Source: Negaprion brevirostris
Lineage: Eukaryota
DNA length: 64,000 bases
Direction: 5' to 3'
NCBI GenBank assembly: GCA_030324005.1
Contig: JARDVH010000157.1
Location: 22,766,208-22,830,207, forward strand
In this document: one piece after another, positions 14,170-25,700 of the stretch
How the letters are laid out: every line of letters begins with the position of its first letter
Numbering within the stretch: the first letter of the stretch is position 1
Notes under the pieces: generated by a model
The model's input: only the letters and a program-made list of their open reading frames with translations
Told to the model about the DNA's origin: nothing
Databases searched by the model: none
Translations under genes and position numbers: made by a program

Positions 14170-14665
14170 ATTGAAACATACAAAAGAGAAGCAGGAACAG
14201 GACATTCGACCCTTTGAACCCGCTCTGCCATTCGTTATGATCACAGCTGATCAAAGTCAATATCCTGATTCCGCCTCCCCCGATATTCCTTGATCCCTTT
14301 AGCCCCAAGAGCTATGTCTAATTTCTTGAAATCACACATTTTAGCCTCTGCCACTTTTTGTGGTAGTGAATTCCATAAATTCACCACTCTTTGGATGAAG
14401 AGAGTTCTCACCTCAGTCCTAAAAGGTTTGCCCCTTATCATCAAAACTATGATCGATAATTCTGGACACCCCCATTATTGGCAGTGTTCTTTCTGAATCT
14501 ACCATGTCTAATCCTGTTAGAATTTTGTAAGTTTCTATGAGATCTCCCCTCACTCTTAATTCCAATGAATACAATCCTAACTGACTTACTCTCTCCTTTA
14601 TACGACAGATCTGCCAGCCCAGGAATCGGCCTGGTAAATCTTCCCTGCACTCTCTCTACAGCAAT
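14170..14665 (-). mobile_element. CR1-like LINE 3' fragment
   Basis: Minus-strand ORFs ERVQGRFTRPIPGLADLSY and IRGKPFRTEVRTLFIQRVVNLWNSLPQKVAEA. Confidence 0.85.
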
Positions 14666-14769
14666 TAGATGAAAGACTGGATTGATGGTAGAAGGCAATA
14701 ACAGACATTTAAAGAAATAATTCATTCTGTGAATACTTGTTTATTTGAGGAATAAAAATTGCATTGTAA

Positions 14770-15760
14770 AAATGGCATATCAGTGGTTAACTAGAGATGT
14801 TAAGGATAGTGCAAGATTAAAAATAGAGGCTTATGATGTCAAAAAGTTTACTGTGTCTGAGGATTGGGAGGATTTTAAAAAAAGCAAAAGATGATTGAGA
14901 AGGCGATTAAAAAGTAGAAAAGAGCACGAGAGCAAACTAGCAGGAAGTATCAAAACACATTGTAAGAACTTTTACTTAAAAGTTTATAAAAATGACAAGT
15001 TTAGCAAAAGAAGCAGAGATAGGAGAAATTATATAATGAGAATAGGCAAATGACAGATGTTAAACAAGCATTTTAAATTTATCTTCACAGTAGAATATAC
15101 CAGAAATTGTGAGGAACCAAGGGTCCAATGTGAATGAAGAACTTAGTCATTAATATAATAAAGAAAAAGTGCTGGAGAAATTAATGGGACTAAAATCCAA
15201 CAAATCCCCTGGAACCTCTGCTCTATCTCCTAAGGTTTTGAAAGAAGTGGCTTTAGATAGTGGATGCATTGGTTTTAATCTTCCACAATTCCCTGGATTT
15301 GAAAACTACCCCCATTGTTCAGAAGGTAACCAATGTAACCCTGCTGTTCAGGAAAGGAGGGAGAAAGAGAGCAAACAGAGAACTTATAGGTCACTTATCA
15401 GGACAACAGTTGGAGGAGAAATAATGGAATCTTTCAGCTCTTTGAATATCAGGTCATGATTAGGCAGAGTCAATAAGACTTCTAAGAAAGTCATGCTTGG
15501 CAAATCTATTAGAACTTTTTCAGGGAGTAGCTTGCTGAATAGCTAAGTTGGAATCACTGGATGCATATTTTAATTTTCAGGCATTTAATAAGGCACCTCC
15601 CAATAGGCTGTTGCCAAGATTAGAACTCACTGAATAGAAGTAATATATTAGCATGGATTAAAGAAGATGAGGTGTGCTAGTGGAGCACCAAAAAAATCAG
15701 TGTTTCGACCTCAGCTATTTTCAAACCGTATCAGTGAGTTATTTGAGGGGATCAGGTCAA
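14770..15760 (+). mobile_element. Old, heavily decayed CR1-like ORF2 fragment
   Basis: VLEKLMGLKSNKSPG...PKVLKEVA, plus KSCLANLLE and DFQ-AFNK-like remnants with many frameshifts. Confidence 0.75.
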
Positions 15761-18700
15761 ACTATTGAAACTAAACCATTGCAACACATATTGTGGAATG
15801 ATACATTTTGCCCATAAATAGCTATTTTTGAGCTGCACTAGATCTGTGTCACTATCTCTTGTGTCGCCTTGAAACTGGAATTCCAGAAGGCGTGATGTAT
15901 ATGAACCTTATGCTTAAACCAAGTTTTTAATAGATCAGTGGGCAATTTAAAAAAAAAGCCCAGTTTTGCTCCTGTTGTGGAATCCTCTGACTTGGCATCT
16001 TATCTTCCCTGGTCACTGTGTAAACAGTTGCAGTAAAACGTTCTATATTCTGTTCACGTACGTTAGAATGCATACTTTGTGACCACAGTAACGTTAGATT
16101 AGGTCAAATGTCAATCTCTGATTTCCTAAGAGTTTGTGCTCACTGCCGGGATGTAATTGACTTTCCCGGTGAGAGCTACAGATTTTTCCTGTTTGCATAC
16201 AGTAAAAGCAGAGGGATTATTCTTCAGGATCAAATGCTTATTCAAAAATGACAGCAAAGTTGAAATCCTTTATTCAGACAAAAATCCAAGCTTATAAGAA
16301 TGTAACATTTATAATGCTGTGGGAACGTGGGAGGAATGAATTATTAGAAAGAACATTCAGCACAGAAATGGACCATTCAACCCAACCAGTCCATGTTGGC
16401 ATTTATGTTCCACTCGAGCCTCCACTTATCCTTGCTTGTGTATCTCTATAACTCTTTATTTCCTTCTCCTTAAATGCGTCTGAACTATTCATCTCAATTG
16501 GTCCTTGTAGTAGCATGTAACCCTTTACTTCCCTTTACTAAAGTAACCCTTTAGTTCATGAGATCAATTAATTTATTTAATAATTCTCCATTTTGTTTTA
16601 AATGCAGTTATATAATTCTAATCTAATCTTCCAATGTATGGCCACTCAGTGCATTTCTTTGGTGAATACTGAAGCAAAATAACCCTGTTGTCACACTTCC
16701 CATTTTTTCTTTAATCTCATCTCCCACTCTTACATTTTGGCATTTGTGTGTTTGCAGAAAAACGTGGGTTCCTGTTGGGGGGACGGATTGTAAATGTAAT
16801 TAACAGTAGGGAAATTGATCTCTGTGAAGGCTTAACCTGCCTTATTGTGAAGGGTAACTTGTTGTCATATTTCTTGGTAAACACCAAAATGAAGTAGCTG
16901 GATTTAATAAAGGTGAGCAATACTGGTCCTATTAGGAGCAAAAGTTATTCAAGACTTGTCAGTGCTTTATTTTAAAATTGAATTAATAAATTTATCTCTG
17001 CCTATATATATATCTAGTTTCAGTCACCACTAATTTTAAAAGTTGATGTCTCGATGGATACATTGACCTGGCTGTTTGCTTGCCACATTTAGATAGTTGT
17101 CTTGTAGGAAACTCGGAGCTTCAGTTATTTTTATAAATGTATTTTTGGAAAGAATGAAGAATGAAATGTTGGTATTTGTCCGTAGCCAAATATGTTTTAG
17201 AGTAATTTATTCTCGTTCTCATTATATGATTTTAAGAGAACATTCTCATCGCAAGTGCTAAGTGGTGAGCTGTTGTGAGTCACAAAAGAGGTTGAACATT
17301 CAGTGTGATGCTACAGCACTGATAAATATATAACTAATTTGCCAAGAACGTTTCTGCTTGTATCAGCATTCTGCTTTTTGTTTATTGGAAATGAATGGGA
17401 AGTTCAGTGTTTTGTATGAGGTGTGTGTTTATCTGAATTCAGTGTAGCTGTGGTTGGTTGCACTGCAGAAGTAATTTGTCATTCCATTTAGTGCTGATTC
17501 AAGAACTAAATCAATTCCCTGATTCAGCTACAGAGATACTCTAAAGTGTGAGGTTTTCAAAAGGGCAGCTTGATCCCAGACTGCAGATCTGATATGCCAG
17601 ATTCCTGAATCAGCAGAGTTCAACATGCGGCCACCAACTGACTTCTCTTACTACCTCCATTTGCTTTGAACCTTTTGGTTGTCATTAGGACACAGAGAAT
17701 GCCTCACTTCCTGCTGAGTACTGCTAATTTGATTTTACATCTATTTCAGTCTAAAAACAGATTGTGCATATCTAATTGGGTTACTCATGAAATTACTTTG
17801 GTTAAAATGAGAGGGAGCCTTTCCCCAGCCTATATTTATTGTTGGAGAACCACTTTAGACGTGTTTTGAAATGAGTCTTTGCCTCTTTAGCTTCATCATA
17901 TATACAGGTTTTGCAGCTTCATGTATATGAAATGTGAAAGCAACCTTGTGTTCCATTCCCCTTTCTGGTTTTGAAGCTATCCTAAAGTAAAAACAGAAAA
18001 TATATCATGTTTGGGTTTTGTGCAGCCGGTTAAATTTAAATACTTAGCGCAGAAGTGCTTTATGATCATCATGGAGGTATATTTATGCTTTTGATGGGGT
18101 TTGATATATGGATTATTTTTAATAAGGGGGTTGTGCTATATATTTCATAACTACTAAAGTGAGAGTTTCTGCTTGGCAGGGTGAGTTTTTACGTTGTTCT
18201 GTTATGAACACATACTGTGAAATATGGGCTTATATCAGCAGCTGCAGTTAACAAGTGTTGTAAATGGACACGCTGCATATTATAATGTTTTTCTTTCAAC
18301 GGGAATGAATATTGTGAATTTTTGGAGGTTACATGATATTTTATTAGAATAATGTAGGTCATTCACTTTCTTAGCAAATTAGCATAATATTGGTCTGATC
18401 AACCTGAAGAAAATGGATTCTGAAAGCTTGTAAACAAATGAGTACTGCAATAAATATTCTTAAAGCAAGGTGTGCACAGAATGATTTCTAGCTATTGGCA
18501 TTCAAGCGCATTATGGAATAGCTGCTTGGTAGAAATCTCCCAAAATTTCTGACTACACTGTGTGTTCTCGGCAACAAAAACAGTTGCCCGTTGACATTAA
18601 TGGCTTTTATTGGGAATTAATCTTCCAGCTGGTTTAAGGTATCAGCAACCTGATATAACTGGACCTTGCTGTTGCAGTGGGTATAATATGACAGCATTGC

Positions 18701-19695
18701 TGGAAGCCAGACTCTAGGATGTCACTCAGCGAGACTGGGGAAGGCACAGTGGAACTGAATGGAGCACATTATTTTTGATTTTGTTTTTGTCAAAGTTCAT
18801 GCATGGATAGTAGATAGATCATTAAGAATTCATAGTAGAGTGGCTTGATTTTTTAAATTTTAGATACATGAGAAACTTGTTCCTTTGGAATAAATTTAAT
18901 GTAATTGATACTGGTCAAGTAGCACTATTGAGGACATCACAGTTCTAGAAAATTCTGACCAATAATTCAGTCAAAATTTCACCAAAGGAAAAGTTGTCTG
19001 TATTTACATTAAATATAGGTTAAAACAGCCGTATTGAGTCAAAATTTTCCAGAATTAGTACTACACAATAGATAATAAAAGACATAAGATTGTCTATGTC
19101 TGAAACACAGTGCTGGAAATGCATAGGTCTGCCAGCATTCATAAAAACAACATACTTAATAATTTTATATTAAATATTAAGCATCAGAATTGAAACTGAA
19201 TCAACCTGTCACCTTGTTACAAATGCTGACTGACTACTGTATTTCCAGTATTTTTATTTTTTCAGATTTCCAGAATTTAGAAATTTTATTTGTTCTGCCA
19301 ATATCTGATGTTTTGTATTGCATGTATAATATGGCATTACAATACATGACCACACCAGGAAGGACTTTTGTGAATGGAATTAAGTAGAAGTAAAATGAAA
19401 AAACATAATTTTGCTTCCACTGAACAAGAATACGACTTCCGTTTGATAAGTTCAACTGTTAAGACTGTGTGTTATTCTGTTGTAAATATTGCCAGACCCG
19501 TGTTTACAAGGAACGTACTTCATGATTTCCTTGCTTATGTTCCACAGGCAGCAATGTGGTTGACTTTTAGTTTCTGTTTCTTGCTTGCTGGTACATTGAA
19601 AATCTTCTAATCTCTCCAAAGCTATTTTTAAGCAGCATGTCTTTGTCTCCAGTAACCTTCATAGCTTTCCAGTAGTTGACTCGTTAAACATCATA

Positions 19696-19829
19696 GCCAG
19701 AATTCTCCAATGTTGGACACCCTGCTACCACTGCTAGTAAGAACGGAGAATTTGGTGCTCAGCCAAATCTTCATTCACTGCCGCGGGACCAGCACGTCTC
19801 AGCTGCAAGCAAGATTGGAGAATTCTGGC
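19696..19829. mobile_element. MITE with perfect 16-bp terminal inverted repeats
   Basis: GCCAGAATTCTCCAAT (19696-19711) and ATTGGAGAATTCTGGC (19814-19829) flank a GC-rich non-coding interior. Confidence 0.8.
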
Positions 19830-20200
19830 CCATATGTGCAGATTCCAGTCAATAATTAACATTTGAAAAAAATGTTATTTATCATGCTAGATAATTTGTT
19901 TTATCCTTTCACAGGACCAAGGCTTTTCTATTTATGCCTTCATTTTCATTGCCCATTTCTAATTGAACTGATGCAGGCCATGTGGCATATGTACATCCAC
20001 AGCATTTTAGGGAGGAAATTCTAGGATTAAGTATTACTCCATATGGCTGTAGTAATTACTTGAGAATAGCATTGAATCAACTTTTGCTTAATATAACTTA
20101 ATCCCAAAATTATCTCCCAAAAATTCTTTTGGAATGAGAATTAATATACATAAAGTGAGGGCTAAAATGAATGTTAAAATGTTTGAGACTCAAAGATGAT

Positions 20201-20867
20201 AGGTGGAATTTTCCCCCAAAATTCTAAAGTGACATTACAGTAATAAAACGGGAGTCCTTTATGCCGGTCTTCATGGCACGCTCCAGATCACAGTCTTCTG
20301 GCATTCAGTCCTTTGGCAGCTGGCAAGTTTGCGCTGGTATTGGGGGAGGGAAGACCTAAACACACTGGTGAAACGGGCTTCAGAGCACTGAGGCACCATT
20401 GCGCTAGGGTGCTCTGATCAGCCCGTGAACTAGGAGATCTCCCCCATTGTAACCCTCCAGTCTGCCTTCGTGGAAGCCCCAGAAACTTACTACTGCCCCT
20501 GGCACATCTAGTGCCCAACTGGCACTGTTAGTTTTCCAAATGGATGCTGCCAGTGTGCCCTTTGGGTACTGCTCATCCATGCCTTGACCATCCAGGGACT
20601 TCAATGTCTTCCAGTCCCCGGTGTGGCTGTGATGCCTGAGACCAGTAGTGATTTGCACTACATAATACACTGGAGAGTGGGGAAGCAGCTGTGCCGAACT
20701 CCATGATGAGATGGAAATCCAGGCAATCTGATGCTACTGAGCTTTGCGCCTTTTCTGGCCACAAAATGGTTCTTGCCAATGATGCAAATAGGAATTTTGG
20801 CCTCTTGCACCATTTTCCAGCTCGCCATGCCAATCCACAGGCACAGCAAGCTGGTAAAATTGTGCCC
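20201..20867. mobile_element. Probable non-autonomous DNA transposon with degenerate TIRs
   Basis: GC-rich island bounded by AGGTGGAATTTTCC and GGTAAAATTGTGCCC (imperfect inverted repeats), similar in style to the 19696 MITE ends. Confidence 0.5.
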
Positions 20868-22565
20868 AACATGTCTACAGTAGTTTTCATTTGGTGTGCG
20901 TGATTCTGATATTTTTTGTTTGAAGAGTAGTATTTTTGACATTGGGAAGCACCCTGGAAGGAGAAATAACATCAACACAGCGTCATTGATGCAGTCCTTC
21001 AATGACCTTATTTTAGTTGAGTATATTCAGCTGCCTGTTGGACTTTATTTTTCCTCTAGCCTAATTAATTAGTTCTTCTCCATCCCTAATTAATGTTACA
21101 GTTTTAAAACAATGCTAAATGTAGGATATGAAAAACAAGAAAATTAAGCAAAAAGCTCTTTGACACCTATGGGCTTGTCCTTTTCATAATCAAAGTAAAT
21201 TCTACTTCATTGATAGTATTCTGAGTGAAAGATGTGTATCGCCTGAACCGGAAAGATAATTAACAAAATCCCCATAACATACATTCAATCACACATCTTT
21301 GCTATTCAACCCTGCTCTGCTGTCCTTAACATGGATGATTCAACCCCTATCTTCCTACAAATTGTCATTTTAACAGTTGTGATTGTAGAATATTATCTCA
21401 GCCTACTTGTCTCTGTCTCCAACCTTTGCAACAATCAGATATTTGTTCATCTTCTTTGTGAAGAAACTGACTACTTACAAAAGCTGTTGATATTGTGTTA
21501 GTCAGTTTCAGCTGTCAGATACTTCAATACGTTTGTAGTTTATTTATTTTTATCCTGTGCCCTCAAGCTGTACATGGACAGTGTAAGTCGAAAGTTGCAT
21601 ATTTACATTCCTGTGCTTCTCAACATTTGGTGGATTTCCCACACTTGGAAAGTTAAATTTACTGGCTTATAGCTTCTAAACTATTTTTGACTATGTTGGT
21701 TAGCATTTCTTATCATCCATTCCAAGTGCAGTTAAAAGAAAAGAATGTTAGCTGGTCACTGAGGTTATAAGAATTATTAATCTGAATAAATTATGAAGTC
21801 CCAATGCTGGAATCAACATGTTGCAATTGATTCGTATAATCAGTGTGTTGTGCTTAAGTGCAAAGATGATTTGCACAAAGGGAATTCATAAGGATGCCAC
21901 AATATATTTTTGCGCTCCTTAAACACAAAGGTTGCATGCTTTTGAAGACATACTATGAGAGTATTAAATGTGAAAAGCCATTCCAGTGGTTGAATAATAT
22001 TGATGTGGAACCCAACAAGCTTTGTTTTACAGGTAAATNNNNNNNNNNNNNNNNNNNNNNNNNNNNNNNNNNNNNNNNNNNNNNNNNNNNNNNNNNNNNN
22101 NNNNNNNNNNNNNNNNNNNNNNNNNNNNNNNNNNNNNNNNNNNNNNNNNNNNNNNNNNNNNNNNNNNNNNNNNNNNNNNNNNNNNNNNNNNNNNNNNNNN
22201 NNNNNNNNNNNNNNNTTAGACATAATTTGTATTTGAGTTGGTAGGCACCCTACTTGTAGAACATTGTTGACGCTACTCAAAATGTGACTATAAGAGGCTA
22301 TAAATTAGTTTTTAATTGCCTCCAGGAAAGTGTTAGGCCTCGTCATAGCACCAAGTTTGGGATTGTAAGAAAACTAAGAGTTTAATATTCTTTATTTCTA
22401 CCATGGGTCTGAAATATTCTCACGTATACTGTTTTCGTACAGCACATGGCTTCGTTATCCTCATTGTACTAAAAAGGAGTTCCATGATTTGTATTTATGA
22501 CTCTATATCAAGGGGTACAGTTAGTTGATTCAATCTTCTAACCAGTGGCCTTTGTTTTTTTGCAG

Positions 22566-22726
22566 TAGTGATTCTAGCAGCAGTTCCAGTGATGAATCTC
22601 CAGCAAGATCCGTGCAGTCCGCTGCAGTCCCTGCACCACCAGTCCAACTCCCAACACCTGTAGAAAAGGATGAGCCACGTAAGAGCTATGGAATCAAAGT
22701 CCAAAATTTGCCAGTCCGCTCTACTG
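22566..22726 (+). CDS. SPEN: SPEN exon (human exon 4 equivalent), 161 bp; Ser-rich segment and start of RRM2
   Basis: Acceptor ttttttgcag|T, donor ACTG|gtgagt; encodes SDSSSSSSDESPARSVQSAAVPAP...KSYGIKVQNLPVRST. Confidence 0.95.
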
Positions 22727-25700
22727 GTGAGTAAATGCACAATTTAAGAGATCTGATCTGTTGGAAATTGGTTTCTTCCAGATATGTTCAAATAGACGTG
22801 GCACTCAGTTTCTGGAACACATCCAACAAATTTGAAAAAATAATAAGATTGCTTGGTGTGTAACATCAAATATTTCTCTTTTCAGTAATAGAAGTTTGAT
22901 TTTAGGGAATGCTGGAAAGTTAAATTTAGAAATCATTTATGCAGTGTTTGGCATATATATAATGTTCATTGCATGACATTAACGGCATTTTAATTTCAGG
23001 ACAGAAATTGATTTCAGTTTTTAAACCTGTCGTTTTAATCCCATTTAAATTACCAAATGGCAGCTTCTCTGCTATTTGTATTCAGTGTGACTTCTTCAAT
23101 CCTTTATGTGAAAACGGAAAAATCTACTGATTTGGATATCATTTCTTGAGAAAAAAGTAAAGCTACCTAAATTTGATTGAAATGGTAAGGGGAAGAAGAA
23201 AAAGAGATTTTTGCAATTTATATGTGGAAAACTGTGTGAATAAAAGCATATTCAACTTGTCTAATGTGCCTGTTGACAAACACGAATGGAAAAATAAAAT
23301 CAAAGATTAGTGAGCACAGTGGTTAGCACTGCTGCCTCACAGTGCCAGGGACCTGGGTTCAATTCCAGTTTGGGGTGACCGAGTGGCGTTCATATGTTCT
23401 CCCTGTGTTTGTATCGGTTTCCTCCAGGTGATTCAGTTTACTCCCACAGTCCAAAGAGGTGCAAATTAGATGGATTGGCCTCTTAGTGTCCCAAGATGTG
23501 TAGTGATTGGTTAAAAGAAATTTCCCAATCCATACATCAGTCTTTTCTCTTGATTTGTTACAGGCATAACAATGGAAAATTAGAAGCAACACCAGAACAG
23601 TATGTTGGGATGTGGCATTATGAATACATTAGGCAGGGACACACTGCCTATAATGGTCTGGCAATCAATGAATAGACGAATTACAGAGGTCACAGTCACA
23701 ATTTTAATTCCTCTCTGTGTATGGTTAGCTGATCTTATCCTGGTGGCCACAGGTGATCTACAGTCCATCCCAGAATCACTATGTTAGGCAAGCGGAAAAG
23801 GACAGTATTTCCTGGTCCTGATTCTTGTCTAATACCTTTATTGGAAATACATGTATGAATATTGGGTGAGGGTGGAAACAGGTGATGACCCCATTATTGA
23901 TAGGCTTGCCAGCACTTGCTTTCTGAGGTGCACTTAGGAAATGGCTATTCGCAGAAGTACTAGAGATCACCCATAGCCTTGTACCCCAGTGAGGAATAAA
24001 TACCTTGAGGCATGGAGAGGAAAAAATTAGCAGGAAATGTTTCAGATATAGTACACTTAAAACAATAATTGTTATTTGTTTACTTTTTGTTTCCTGTTTA
24101 CATGCATTTCAATAGCACTATCAATTTTACAAATCTGAAAAGTGTGAAGCTTGCAAATTTAAACTCAAAAATTGCTCAAACTTTATATAATGGTGAGACC
24201 TGATTTTTCTGTAAATGCTGAAAGCTCAGAATTTTATCCCTAAGACAGTTACTGTTTAGCTGAACACTTTTAATTCACAATTAATTTAAGAAAAATGTCA
24301 GGCAGTGAGAAACCTGAGACATGCATTCATCAGCGATATAAATATTTTCTGAATGAATTTAAATTGTAAATATTTGGGTTAATAGCTATGTATAGAAGTT
24401 AGGATGAGAGCTCAAAGTTGATCTTTACTACTTTTCAACAGGAGCTCTAATGGGGCCTGTCTGCTTTGTTTAATCCAGGAACAACACCTTTTACAATCTC
24501 ACAGTTAGCCATAATTCTTTTTGGAGATCTGGATCCTCACTACACTTAAACGCTTTGTATTTGTATTAACTCTTCCAACTTTTAGTAACACTTATTGAAG
24601 AGAATAGAAGAGATCTGGCTTAAAATTAAGGAAAGTTAAGCAGTTATAATTATTGGTCACATGTACAAATTAAATTCTCTCTTGGACATTCCGTCCAGCT
24701 TCCCTTCCAATTATTTTCACATAGATGGTCATTGGTCATTTTGGTAGCTCTCGGCTGACAATCCCTGAAAGCGAAGAGGAGTCTTCTATCCCATTTCAGA
24801 AGAGTGTGCTTGAAATTGGAAGTCGTTTGTTGATTATTCATGAAATTGAAAACAAATATCTTGCATCACATGAATACTTTTCACTGAAACCTTTCAATTT
24901 TTCTTTTAGACACAAGCCTTAAAGATGGTCTTTTCCATGAATTTAAGAAGTATGGGAAAGTAACATCTGTGCAAATCCATGGTGCATCCGAAGAACGCTA
25001 TGGTCTTGTATTCTTTCGACAACAGGAAGACCAAGAGAAGGCTATGAATGCATCAAAGGGGAAGTTATTTTTTGGTATGCAGATTGAAGTTACTGCGTGG
25101 ACAGGCCCAGGTATGTGTTTACTGAGCAGCGGCACAGTTTGTGTAAAGATGTGGTATTGCAATCCAAATCATGGCAAAGGCTTGGTGAAAATACGGAATA
25201 TCTATTTTAAATTAATTATATCCTCAAAATGTTTTTGGATTTACATAACATTTGTACATTGTCTACTATCTTGCTGAAGAGATGAGAAGTACATTGACTT
25301 AAGATTAATGTTACTCAAGATTGCCATTGTTGCAGCTCATGGGAGCATCTTGCAGAAGGATCATTCTCTGATGCACCTCAGGATGATGGGATGTGGATGT
25401 GTGTTCATGTTTCCCAACATATTGTGCTCTTGGTTTCAATCCTGGCTTAATAAGAAAATTATTACTTAAACTGGATGGGTTGAAGAAATGTAGAAATAAT
25501 GTTCTATTAAACTGTTGTATCCATAATTCTGAAAGATTTTCATTTCCCTTATGCATTTCCTTACTTTCTCATACTTCACATAAAAAGTATAGGAAGTAGC
25601 TCTTGAGTCTATGCTCCAGCAACATTTCATGGCATGGGAGGATGTTAATGGTGCTTCAGATACATGCAAAACAACTGTGATCTGCCATGAATCACAGACG

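Noticed and set aside
23314-23370. tRNA-like A and B boxes here and at the other SINE heads
   Set aside because: These are SINE heads continuing into a shared core; no complete cloverleaf is evident.
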